Shown here in pieces: positions 27,346 to 40,206 of a DNA stretch of 64,000 bases (position 1 is the stretch's first letter; each line of letters opens with the position of its first letter). The translations under genes and the position numbers were made by a program. This DNA is from Octopus sinensis (lineage: Eukaryota). The stretch covers positions 7,626,001 to 7,690,000 of the forward strand of contig NC_043012.1 in NCBI RefSeq assembly GCF_006345805.1, written 5' to 3'. The notes under the pieces were generated by a model. It was not told the DNA's origin, did no database searches, and saw only the letters and a list, made by a program, of their open reading frames with translations.

Positions 27346-28466
27346 CCACTCTCTTTCATGTCAAAATACTCCATATTTATGTATTTCTCTCCCATCATTT
27401 CCTGTCTATTGTGAAAACATAACTCTGCAATATCAAATTGGCTTCCATAATTCCGTCTCTATCGGCCACTTTGCTTTATTATTATTATTATCATTATTAT
27501 TATTCTTTTATTTATTTATGTGTGTGTGTGGGGGGGGGGGTTTCTATCCCAGGACATCTAAAGGAATTGACTTTCCCCAAGGGTTGGGGAAGGATATGGA
27601 GAAATAAGAATTTTGTGTATTTTTGCTATTCTATTTCAGTTACTTAAAAAGTATTTCGAAATTGATCAACGAAAGAAAAATAGGAATTTTATAAGTGTGT
27701 GTTTGTGTGTGTGTAATGTATCTATATGTGTATGTGTGCATAAAAGAAAATACAACTGAAAAATGAAATTACTATTTAGAAATACATGTACATCTGTACG
27801 TATGTATGGGTGTGTGTGTGAAATCTCAGCTGAGGTGGGGGAAGGATTGGGCATGAAGAAAATGGATTGCTTACACAGGAAATTATGTCATTGAATCATA
27901 ATAGTTGTCTTAAAATTTCAACTCGATTACCACAATATGGCAATAGGTGGAGAGTGGGGGAAGGGGAACAATAATTGTTTAGTGCCCTGCTCAAAATAAC
28001 TGTGTGATAATGGCTTAATAGAATGGAAGAATGATCAACGTGTGTATTAATGGACACAAGGCCATCATGCGGATAACCACTTTTTAGATTGTTTGTTTGC
28101 TTCATAATGAGCTATCAACAATACAACTGAAGCAATATTCCTCAGGAGGCTATATTTAATATGGTGGGTTGAAAAATGTTGAGATCCCAGCAATTAGTAG
28201 GCATAAACTCACTCAATGGAGTTGTTTAAAATCTAAAAGAAGGGGAAATAACTCTTGTTAGATCAGTTGATTGAAACATGCTCATTGCTTTCACCCATTG
28301 GCTTTACCTCAGTCAATTTGGTTTCATGATACAAGCCGCTTGTTTAAAGTGATCTAAATTATAACCTGCCATTAAAATTTCATGTTAATTCATATTCCTA
28401 ATGCCAGCTTAAGTGAATCAAAGGCAGTGTATTTCAACAGAAATATGCTAATAAAAGGGTTAAAAA

Positions 28467-29612
28467 CACTGGTTTTACAAATTTTTTTTTTTTTTTAGGC
28501 AAGGATGTGAATGGGTGTGTTTTTCACTAATTTTGATGTGATGAATTCAATTTTCTGAACAGTTCTACTCTATCACCTCTATTTTATTTCCTTTCACATA
28601 TCCCATTTTAATTATACTGCATATAAATTCAAAATATAATGTTTATTTCATCTGTAACAAAGGCATGTTACAGGGAAAAAAAACAACAACTAAGATATGG
28701 AACATTGATGGAACTAAATTACTTGGATAATACAATACATACAAATCAAAGTACAGCAGACAGAAGTGATTTTTTTTTTGGGGGGGGGGATGATCTTGTG
28801 TACTTTGTCTCTGGGATGTCACTCAAGAGCATCCGGCAAAAGGTCCCCATCATGTTGGGGTTCCACTTGCCTTAGTAGTTGCTCTCCATTTTAGTAATAT
28901 CTTGATAGAACCTTTCTCCATGCTCATCACTCACTGCTCTAAGCTTTGGAGGGAAAAAGTTATGGTGGGAGTGGAGAGAGTGAATTTTGAGTGACATTCA
29001 GCATCCCATATCCTCGTAAGACTGTAATAACTTCTCGATACACTCTTGGTAATCTAGTACCCATATGTTACCAAGAAAGCTGTGGCAGACTGAGTTAAAT
29101 GCTTCCTATGCTCTCAGTTCCTTTAAAGTAAGAAGCTCCTCAAAGTCCTTGTCTTTCAACACCTCTCATATCTGAGGTCCGACGAAATTTCCCTTCATGA
29201 GCTTAGCAGAACTCAGAGCTGGGAACAGAGAGCACAAGTATTGGAAGGCAGCGCCATTTTTGTCCATGACCTTCACGAAATTCTTCATTAAGCCAAGCTT
29301 GATATGAAGAGGGGGAAGAAGCACCTTGTTCGTGTCCACCACAGGATTTTCTTGGACACTGTGTTCATCAGACATGAAAGTACTCCTAGATCCCCAGTCC
29401 TTCTGCTTGTAGTGCTTGGACAGAGCCCAACTCTCCTAGAGACAGAGAAAGCAACAGTACTTTGTGAAACCCACTTGCATACCCATAAGGAGCCCAGTGA
29501 CCTTGAGGTCCCTGCAGAGACTCCACTGGTACTGGTTGTACTTGACAACTTCCAAAACGAGCTACATATTGTTATAAGACTCTTTCTGATGGACTGAGTA
29601 AGGATATTTGGT
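28467..29612 (-). mobile_element. Chapaev3-like (CMC superfamily) DNA transposon fossil: 3' part of the transposase pseudogene plus one terminus
   Basis: Translation KESYNNM*...WSLCRDLKVTGLLMGMQVGFTKYCCFLC...LLPPLHIKLGLMKNFVK...GNFVGPQI*...MSLKIHSLHSH...VSDEHGERFYQDI with in-frame stops; CACTGG terminus at 28467. The family name is from recalled motifs. Confidence 0.75.
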
Positions 29613-30933
29613 CTTTTTTCTAGAAGCATTGAAACCTGTTACATTTGTTAGACAATTGAGGGTTGTTGACAGGAAGGACATCCAGCCATAGAAAATCTGC
29701 CTCAGTGAATTTCATTAACCCTATGCAAGCATGGAAAAGTGAACAGTAAAACAATCATGTTGATAATAAATGAGATAGGGGTGTGTGTGTGTGTGTAATT
29801 TCCCTTCTCTTGTGTCACACAAATATTAAATATTAAAAACAAGTATTTTAATCAAGAATGAAGTATTTGCAAGTGTTGTGTACATTGATTTCTTTTTTGA
29901 TTTTTTTTGTTCCAAATATGTTATTACACAACCCAGTTCTTCAATAATTAGAAGTATTGATGTAAGCTTTATACATATATTGAATGTATATATTAGTCAT
30001 TCATTATTTTTTTACTTGTTTATTATGAAGAGGAGGAACATTATTTTACTGTAACAAGCTAATCTTTACCACCAGTGCTGGAATAGGTTTTGGCTAGAAT
30101 CTTTCTCTAGCAGAAGTCCTATCCAGGTTGATGATTATCTCTCATCTGGTGAGATCAAAGCATCTGGTGAGATCGAAGCATCTGGTGTTCATCTAGAACA
30201 GGTGTTGGTAAAGTGGTCAATATTGACTCCTGTTAGGGTGGGGTCTGTATGGCTGTCCAGGGGGTTGATATACACCTGAAAAGATCTTGATCATTAAGGG
30301 TTCTGAGTTTATAGCAAACTGAATCTGACAATACAGTAATTTAAGGCTAAAACTCACTAATTTCCAACCAAATATCAATGTAAAATCTAGTATGCACCCA
30401 ACACATATTTTACTCTAAGTATTCCAACTATATCAATATTGCATGACTAAACTTTTATTGTTCTTCATCAATTTCATTAAGTATTTTTATTAAATTTTTT
30501 TATTTCTTATTAAAATGTAGATATGCCACAGAAGAATGGAGGAATTATTGCTTTTAAATGAAAAAAAAAAGATTATTAATTATACAGGCATAGGAGTGCC
30601 TGTATGTTAAGAGTGCCTGTGGTTCCCCGTTCAGTTCCAGAATGTATATATTAGATCTCTATACTTAGATCTCTCATGAGCTCTAAGATTCATAAGACCA
30701 GAGCTCAACCTGGTTTTCCATGGTATATAAGTGATTGAGACATCACAACACTCACCCCTGAATGGGCTGCCAGTCCTTTGCAGGGTCAACTGCCCAGATA
30801 ATTCTGGAACACATTTACAGCTGAATGAACTGGATCAATGTGAAATAAGTTCTTTTGCTTAAGAACACAGTGCACTGCCAAGTTCTGGAATCAAAACCAC
30901 AATCCCGTGGTCATTAGTGCAAAACTCTAATGC

Positions 30934-31569
30934 CAGTGTTTCTCATTTTCTGCCCACTGACCCCTTTGATTCCTGTTTTATTTGGATGGACACTCATAGC
31001 CATTTGATGTTAAAATGATCCTATTATATTTTTATAATTAAATGTTATTTGAAATTTTCTTCTATTTTACTCTTCATCTTTTGACTGTGGCCATGCTGGA
31101 GCACCGCCTTGAGGGGTTTTAGTCAAACAAATTGACCCCAGGACTTATTATTTTGAGCCTAGTACTTATTCTATCAATCTCTTTTGCCGAACCGCTAAGT
31201 TACAGGGATGTAAACATACCAACACTGGTTATCAAGTGCTGATGAGGAGACAGACACACACACATAGATGTATACACAGACACACACAACAGGCTTCTTT
31301 CAGTTTCTGTCTACCAAATCCACTCACAAGGTTTTGATTGGCCTGAGGTTTATAGTAGAAGACTCTTAAGGTGCCATGCAGTGGAACTGAACCCTAAACC
31401 ATGTGCTTGGGAAGCAAGTTTCGTACCCTACAGCAATGCCTGCACCTGTATAAAATTGTATAAGAAAATTTTTTTTAATATTTTGTGTATTGCAGAAGCA
31501 TAATCAGTTTATTGGACATAAATTTTAACAGCAAAAAAATCTTACGTGGACCCCAGTTAGGAACCATTG
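30934..31569. mobile_element. hAT MITE containing SINE A (~31075-31447, minus strand), itself at the head of a V-domain-like SINE
   Basis: CAGTGTTTCTCA ... GTTAGGAACCATTG; homology to 21960-22435. Confidence 0.7.
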
Positions 31570-32469
31570 CTCAAACCATTAGACTGTAAATTAATCTTGG
31601 TCAAAAGTGACTTTTGTGGAGGTCAGTAATTGATCAAGGCTAAAGTATTTTCTGACACTGAAAGAGAAACCTGGCCTTTGAAATGAGGTTTTCACAATGT
31701 TCTGTGGTTACCATGTAAGATCTTAAGAGGCTGTTTTGATCTAGAATCTCCTTATAACAGGTTTATTCTACTTTCATTTTATTGCCATATTTTATATACA
31801 ACATTCCAAGCAGTATTCTTTACATTTATGGATGTGTGAAAAAAACCCAAAAAACATTTAGGTCTTATCTGTCCATCTACCACCAAATTTTACTTCCTAC
31901 AAACATCATGCTGTGGGGCAGTTTCTGATGCTGTAGATTTTTGTCTTCTTTGTCCACTCAACAGATATAGTACACAGTGTCATAGCTAGGTTCTTTGGCT
32001 TAAGATCACTACCACCACCACTATAACTAAGTAATTAGGTGATTATCTCCTGCTCCACCAACAGAAAACACATGCACATCAAAGTTAATGTGAATGTGTG
32101 TGTGCACTTTGTGCATATGTGTGTGTGTGTGTATGCTGATTTGTGTACTTCAGTGCCTGTTTATACATATATGTATATATGCTTTTGTGTATGCATTTGC
32201 ATCTATGTACATATGCATTGTGTGTGTGAGAGATAAATTGATAGATAGAATGATATATATAAACATACACACATGCATGCACACATACACATTATACACG
32301 CTGCTGAAATACAATATACTTCAGCCATATAACTAAATGACAAGATTTAGATCTATGAGATATATGTGTGTGTATCTATATCTATTTATCTTTCTATCTA
32401 TCTGTGTGTGTGTGTGTGTGTGTATATACGTATACACACATATGCATACCTCGTCATTTCATAATTCTT

Positions 32470-33240
32470 TTTTTATGCCAATGTAGGTGGACATGTCTTC
32501 TCCAGTACAGCGTCTTGCCATTTGTTGCTGTCCCTTGTCAGCTTCTTCGTAGTTCAGAATTCTAAGACGATCATTCACTACTCTTCCCACATCTTTTTTA
32601 TTTATTCATCTTTTTCTCTTCGTCCTCTTCAAGTTCTTTCCACTTTTCAATTGAACCTTTTCACACATTTTTACCTGAATGCCATCCTTCATACTTGACA
32701 CATGTCCATACCAGCATGGTCTCCTCTCTTACACACTACAACTGATTCCTCTTGCATCCAGCTTTTCTCTCAGCTCGTTTGTGCTCCGTTGTTCATACAT
32801 GCTAGCATTACACATCCAGTGGAGGGAGCTAGTCTCATTTCTTGCCAACCATTTGTCCATACTCTGCATTCAGTGCCCATGTTTGGCTATCATGCAATAA
32901 CACACTTCACACAAAAGCATCAGACTGTCTGCCAGAGACAGAATACGTTTGTTACCAACATAGCTAATAAAACCCTGAACCCTTGAACTTTTTTCCATTC
33001 CATCCCCATTGTGGCTCTGATAATCTCAGAAGACCAAGCAGCATTGCTAATTCAGTTACCTCAATAAAATATTCTCTCACCAACATCAGGGGAGCCTTTT
33101 AGGTACTTCAGATAACTCATGACTTGGTTCCTCTTTCATGAATGTTCTTGCTGCTTACTACTTTTATACATGAGCTGCACATGACATTTCTCTTCCCTGT
33201 CAGCTTCTTTGTGATGCAACTGCATATTTTGTGCATTGGT
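32470..33240 (-). pseudogene. Decayed RTE-clade LINE, 3' region
   Basis: Minus-strand peptides SQTWALN, HWMCNASM, STNELREKLDARGISCSV*ERRPCWYGHV match the RTE C-terminal pattern (SETWA, RWMC, RRLRWYGHV). Confidence 0.8.
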
Positions 33241-34118
33241 TAGTCCACATTACTCCGTAGGGAACATAGGACCAGTTTCCCCACTTTCTCTGGTATATAT
33301 GTTTCTCCCTGGATGGGGCACCAGTCCAGCACAGGATTACTCATTTTAACCAGCTGAGTGAACTGGAGCAGTGTAAAATGAAGTGCTTTGCTGAAGAACA
33401 TAATGCAACACCTGGCCCAGAAATCAAAACCACGACCTTGCAATCATGAATTCAACACCCTAACCACTAAGCCATGCACTCCCACCACTTAGTTTGCATT
33501 GGGTACTTATTATAGAGTTTCTTCCCAACTACCTTATGTATAAATATAAAGCATTCATGGCCAAATTATGGCTCACAGAACTTCAGAGTGGCATGCCTAA
33601 ACTAAAAATTCCCTTGAATTTTTTTTTAGTAGTGTGGCCCATCTTACTAATGATGGGCTATGTCTCATGTGGCCCACTTCTGGAAAAAGGTTACCCATGT
33701 CTGATATAGAATATGACCTCTTCCCCAGTCAGCAGTTGTCTCAGTTATTTCCCACTTCCTAAAATTTTTGTCTCTGCTAACTGTAATAGGAAGCCTCTCA
33801 ATTTCTAGGATTTCCGTCCATGTTTGGTAGTTCTTCAGCAGATTCAGTGCTACATAAAAATCACCCAACACAACTGTAAAGTGTTTGGCGTTAGGAAGGG
33901 CATTCAGCTGTAGAAACCGTACTGAAAAGATAATGGAACTTGGTGCAGCTCCTGGCCTTCCCTGCTTCTGTGAAACTGTCCAACCCATGCCAGCATGGAA
34001 AACAGATGTTAAATAGTGATGATGATGATTCAGTTATGAGAATTAGGTCACTGACATAGTTCCCATTGACAGGTGGTTTATACAGCTCTATAGAATATAT
34101 ATTGATAGATTTTTAACC

Positions 34119-34190
34119 AACGCTATGCATATACACATATATAACACTATGCATATACACATATATAACGCTATGCATATACACATATAC
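34119..34190. repeat. 24-bp minisatellite, three copies
   Basis: AACRCTATGCATATACACATATAT repeated. Confidence 0.9.
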
Positions 34191-34551
34191 AAACACCTTG
34201 CTTCATTATATACAGTTTTTTTAAGTATCAGATTCAGCTATAAGAATTAGGTCGTTAGCATACAGAAATTCCCCTACATAGACACCTGGTTTACACTACA
34301 CTAGAGAACATGTATCTTTTTCTTTTTTTCTTTTTCAATCATTGAATTGTGGCCATGCTGAAGCACCATCTTGAAGAATTTTTACTCAAATGAATTGACC
34401 GGAATACTTTTTTTTTCTTTAAGGCTAGTGCTTATTCTTTTGGTCTCTTTTGCCAAACTGCTAAGTTATGAGGATGTAAACACACCAACACTTGTTGTCA
34501 AGTAGTTTGGAGGACGACACAGGCATAAAGACAAACACGTACACACACACA

Positions 34552-34727
34552 TCGTTAGCTCCTAAACGCATTTTTTTCTCTCCTTGTTTTTTTCTGTGTA
34601 TTTTTCTGCCAAAGAGCGTAGGCTCGAAACGTAAAAGACTTTTTCTATTCCTGAGCGCTATACTAATACATTTGTTTGTTTGTACTCCGCCTGCCTTCGT
34701 CTTTTGTTTATTTTCGTAAACTTTCCC

Positions 34728-34730
<3 letters not shown>
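34552..34730 (+). mobile_element. Family H1 hammerhead-like unit inserted in the central microsatellite of a SINE A (34320-34955, minus strand)
   Basis: TTTT-CTGCCAA-A-GAGC-GTAG-GCTC-GAAACGT-A-AAAG at 34602-34637. Confidence 0.7.
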
Positions 34731-34774
<44 letters not shown>

Positions 34775-34776
34775 GC

Positions 34777-35421
34777 ACACACACACACACACACATGACA
34801 GCTTTCAGTTTCTCTCTATCAAGGCTTTGGTTTCCACTCAGAAGCTTTGGTCAACCTGAGGCTATGGTAGAAAATACTTGCTCAAGATGCCACACAGTGG
34901 GACAGTACTCTGAACCATGTGGATGGGAAGCAAGCTTCTTAACGCATGGCCATGCCTACATATTTTTTTAACCAACTTTATAATAGACTTATGCTTTAGA
35001 GGTCTGTTATGACTTCAGAACTTAAGTTTGAACTAAACCTGATTTTTGTGTTGTTGAAGTGACTGAGAATACACTGCTCATCTTCTACTATAGCCCCAGG
35101 CCAACTAGAACCTTGTAAGTGGATTTGATGTCATTTCCTATAGTCGCAAGTCAACCCAAACCTTGTAAGTGAAATTGGGTAGAAAGATAGGTGGAAACTG
35201 TACAGAATCCCAGTGGTGGGATTCTGCCTGCAATTCAAAGATACAGCTTTGTTACAAATTAGGTTAAGGTTATATGTGTTTGTGGAATACTCAGCTACTT
35301 GCATGTTAATCATATGAGCAGGAAATCCAGTTGATCAAAAAACTGGATACCTGTCATGGGAATTGACAGAAATCCAACCATGCACACACACACACACCAC
35401 TCACATATGTGCTCTCACACA

Positions 35422-35452
<31 letters not shown>

Positions 35453-36116
35453 CACCACTCACGCTCACACACACACACACATGACAGCTTTCAGTTTCTC
35501 TCTATCAAGGCTTTGGTTTCCACTCAGAAGCTTTGGTCAACCTGAGGCTATGGTAGAAAATACTTGCTCAAGATGCCACACAGTGGGACAGTACTCTGAA
35601 CCATGTGGATGGGAAGCAAGCTTCTTAACGCATGGCCATGCCTACATATTTTTTTAACCAACTTTATAATAGACTTATGCTTTAGAGGTCTGTTATGACT
35701 TCAGAACTTAAGTTTGAACTAAACCTGATTTTTGTGTTGTTGAAGTGACTGAGAATACACTGCTCATCTTCTACTATAGCCCCAGGCCAACTAGAACCTT
35801 GTAAGTGGATTTGATGTCATTTCCTATAGTCGCAAGTCAACCCAAACCTTGTAAGTGAAATTGGGTAGAAAGATAGGTGGAAACTGTACAGAATCCCAGT
35901 GGTGGGATTCTGCCTGCAATTCAAAGATACAGCTTTGTTACAAATTAGGTTAAGGTTATATGTGTTTGTGGAATACTCAGCTACTTGCATGTTAATCATA
36001 TGAGCAGGAAATCCAGTTGATCAAAAAACTGGATACCTGTCATGGGAATTGACAGAAATCCAACCATGCACACACACACCACTCACATATGTGCTCTCAC
36101 ACACACACACACACAC
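34777..36116. repeat. Near-identical 686-bp tandem duplication bounded by (CA)n
   Basis: Identical ORFs at 35131 and 35817 (offset 686); the two copies match along their length. Confidence 0.95.
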
Positions 36117-36829
36117 ACATACACACACACCACTCACGCTCACACACACACACACATCACTCGTGCTCACACACCACTTACACGTGCTCACACACACACA
36201 CACACCACTCACACATACATGCATACACACACACACATGCATATATACACACACACACACACATGCATGTGTGCATATACATAAGCCTGACCAATGAACA
36301 ACTGGACTGAATGATAGAAAGAAATTTTTAATTTTTCATTTACTATCATTAAAATATGTTTGCTGTAAACTGGTTTCATAGTTGACTTCACCTTGCGTTG
36401 CCCACCACCACGCCTTTACCACCGCAGCTACTACTATTACCATCACCACTGTCACAACCACTAGTACCAATACCGCTGTCACCACCACCACCACCGCCAC
36501 CATCATCATCAGTGCACCTGACATAAAGGCCACTATACTTGCCACTACCAACCACCCCTAATACTTCTGCCTGACACTCCAATGCTGTGTGATCTACTAC
36601 CAATCTCACCCCGCTACCAAAATATTGGAGTGGAAGGAATAGATGAGGGATGAGGGTAGCGTGGAGTTGGGTTGGGTGGGGTGGAGGGGGGGGGGGGGGT
36701 TCTAAATTACTTTTCGCCCATTTCTTCTCACTAAATATTGATATTATCAAACCAACCATAACTGTTATTATTGGAAATCATTATTCACCAGTTGGTTGCA
36801 GTCATCATCACTGGGAACCCAACAGGGGG

Positions 36830-37039
36830 GGGGCTAGTTCCCCCCCGCTACCCTCCGACCCGTCGTTTGTGCCCCTACGACAGCACCATCTTCGTATTGG
36901 AAACGAACGAGTTAGTTGCACAAGTTAGTAGTAGGCCCACAAAGGAAAAGTGCCTGTTGTTCAGTGTTTGTGTGTATAGGAAGGGGTTAAGAAACGAGGT
37001 ATATATAATAGAAAATGAGAAGTCGGGTGCGGGGTAAGC
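36830..37039 (+). promoter_or_regulatory. Candidate promoter / first exon with 5' splice donor
   Basis: Unique sequence with about 11 CpGs in ~200 bp in a CpG-poor window; AAAATG at 37012-37017, then AGAAGTCGGGTGCGGG|GTAAGC donor at 37034. Confidence 0.35.
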
Positions 37040-37099
37040 AAAGTTTTGTAATTAGATCATTCCAGCTGAAATATACTGTCTGTCTGTCTATCTCTTGTG

Positions 37100-37316
37100 T
37101 ATACAGACATACATATGTACACATACATATATGCCTACACACACGCACCCACACATGTAGCTACATGCACATGCATGCACCTACCTACATGCATGCGTGC
37201 ACATGTATCTATATGCACGTGCACACACTTATCTACACACACACACACACCATCATCATCATCATACATATGTACCTACACATGCACATATATATATACA
37301 CACACACACATATATC

Positions 37317-37349
<33 letters not shown>

Positions 37350-37381
37350 TACACACACCACACACATATATATATACACAT

Positions 37382-37412
<31 letters not shown>

Positions 37413-37441
37413 CATACACACACACATATATATATATACAT

Positions 37442-37472
<31 letters not shown>

Positions 37473-37475
37473 CAT

Positions 37476-37506
<31 letters not shown>

Positions 37507-37560
37507 CATACACACACACATACATATTTTTATATACATACACATATATATATATATTCA
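37100..37560. repeat. Long compound (CA)n/(TA)n microsatellite
   Basis: Directly visible. Confidence 0.95.
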
Positions 37561-38154
37561 TAAATATAAATTATGAAGAATGAGTAAAAATAAGCCCAAG
37601 CCTACGCTGGTATAAAACCAAGCCATGTGATCTGTCACCTGAATAATTTATGCAGTCGTGTTTTGACATGTTGAAACACGTTATGACAAGAGGATGTTTG
37701 GCTCTGCTCTGGCCCACTTCGATTTGTTTTATGTTTTGAGAGCAAAATAATAATTACACCGACTCCTTACTTGCAAACTGGCTTCAAATGGCAGAAAGTA
37801 GCAGGTCTGTTGCCTGCAGTTGGCTGACTAGAAAATAAACATGATTGTGTGGTTTAGAAATTCATTTTGCAACTGCATAATTTTGCATTGTGTCCCGCTG
37901 TGCAGCAGTTAGACTTTATTACCTTCTACTGTAAGGTGAGATGAACTGATTCGTTGTGAGTGAAATTTGATAGGCAGAGACTCTATGTGGGGAAACAGAC
38001 ACAGGCGTGGCTTTATGTTGAGCACTTTGTTTACCAGCCACATGGTTTTGTATTCAGTCCTATGTAGGACCTTGGATGGGTTCCTTCCGTTATAGTCCCA
38101 GGATAATCGAAGCCTTACGAGTGAATTTGCTGTACAGAAACTGATAGAAGTTTG

Positions 38155-38190
<36 letters not shown>

Positions 38191-38284
38191 CAGAAGCCTG
38201 TGTGTTCATGCACACACGCATACATTTGTGCTTCTCCAAAAATTGTCAACAAATCATTTGCAGGTTGTTTGCCTTCAAAGATAT

Positions 38285-38680
38285 GAGGTGTGGTAAGTAG
38301 CTTACTTACCAATCACGTGGTTCTGGGTTCAGTCCCACTGCGTGGCACCTTGGGCAAGTGTCTTCTACTATAGCCTTGGGCTGACCAAAGCCTTGTGAGT
38401 GGATTTGGTAGACGGAAACTGAAAGAAGCCCGTCGTATATATGTATATATACGTTGTGTGTGTGTCTATGTTTGTGTGTCTGTGTTTGTGCCCCCCCCCC
38501 CTCATCACTTGACAACCGATGCTGGTATGTTTACGTCCCCGTAATTTAGCGGTTCGGCATAAAAAAGACTGCTAGAATAAGTACTAGGCTTACAAAGAAT
38601 AAGTCCTGGGGGTCGATTTGCTTGACTAAAGGCAGTGCTCCAGCATGGCCACAGTCAAATGACTGAAACAAGTAAAAGAG
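38285..38680 (+). mobile_element. SINE family A
   Basis: Colinear with the consensus. Confidence 0.9.
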
Positions 38681-39656
38681 TATAACAATGTATTGCGCTT
38701 GTCCCACTTTCGATAAACAGATATATATATATAGAGGGGTGAGGATGACTAAACAAACACACAACAATAGAATTGGCTGTTGTATGTCAGATTATAAAGG
38801 ACTGCAACAAGTGATGATGTGCTGTGAGACCCACCCAATCTTGTAATTGTGTGTGGGGGGGGGGTGCTTGCACACACACTCTTGCTTAAAAAATTTTAAC
38901 AAAAAAAAAAAACCATGCATCCTTGCATTATGTTAACCCTTGAGACTAATAATATACCATTGTATTTTACAGTCTAGCATTAGAAGTTTGCTCCTGCTTC
39001 CATGTGTGTGTGTGTGTGTATGTTTCTATGTATGTGAATACATGTTCATATGCACATGCGTGTAATTTAACAAAATGTCACATATTTTATTCAACGCGAA
39101 TAAATACAAAAATAGAATTTTGGGTGTTGTTTCTCCATGAGAGACTAAAACAGGAAGAAAATTAAACGCATGCACACACACACACACACACTGTTGTATT
39201 ATTTCCATTGATGGTTTCTCTTGTTTTTTTCTTTTCTTTTCTTTTTTCTTTTTTTTGGATAAATTCTTTTGTGCTGAACAATGTTTTAATCCTAATTAGC
39301 TTTACCCTTATTAGGAAACACTAGCATGATAATCAAAATGATGTGTAAGTCAGACTTCTGGAGACACACCCACCTTCATTAGAACTAAACATACCTGGCA
39401 AGTCTTAAATACTTTATAAGTAAACTTACAGTTAGGTCTTTAAGAGATATTAAAGATAGACACTCATTGGAATTGGTACATTAGTGAAAGTGATGTGAAT
39501 GCTAAAAGTGGATCGGGACTACAAAATGAAGTGTTGTAGATGAGATGAAGAAATGTCAAATATTTAAGTATTCTAAAGTTGCACATTTTTCTATTACAAG
39601 TTCCCTTTTCCCACACTTTTCATCCACTCTTGTCCTTATAATTAAGGAGCCTGTCG

Positions 39657-40206
39657 TAGGAGTGGCTGTGTGGTAAGTAGCTTGCTTACCAACCACATGG
39701 TTCCAGGTTCAGTCCCACTGTGTAGCACCTTGAGCAAGTGTCTTCTACTATAGCCTCGGGTCGACCAAAGCCTTGTGAGTGGATTTGGTAGATGGAAACG
39801 TATATAGGCTCGAAACGTTAAAGACTTGTTTTATTTATATTTCCTGAGCGCCATACTAATACAATTGTTTTTTTGTATTCCACCTGCCTTCGTCTTTTGT
39901 TTATTTCCGTAAACCTGCCTTTGTCTTTTGTCTATTTTCATAAAGCTTCCCGTTATATATATGTGTGTGTGTGTGTGTGTGTTTGTTTGTATATGTTTGT
40001 ATGTCTGTGTCTGAACCCCCAACATTGCTTGACAATTGATGCTGGTGTGTTTACGTCCCTGTAACTTAGTGGTTCGGCAAAAGAGACTGCTAGAATAAGT
40101 ACTAGGCTTACAAAGAATAAGTCCTGGGGTCGATTTGCTCAACTAAAGGCGGTGCTCCAGCATGACCACAGTCAAATGACTGAAACAAGTAAAAGAGTAA
40201 AAGAGA
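39657..40206 (+). mobile_element. SINE family A interrupted by a 5'-truncated H1 unit (~39800-39952)
   Basis: SINE breaks at GATGGAAAC; insert begins ATAGGCTCGAAACGTTAAAGAC. Confidence 0.85.

Noticed and set aside
37015-37583. Long ORFs of 128-182 aa rich in H/T/Y/I
   Set aside because: Translations of (CA)n/(TA)n microsatellite
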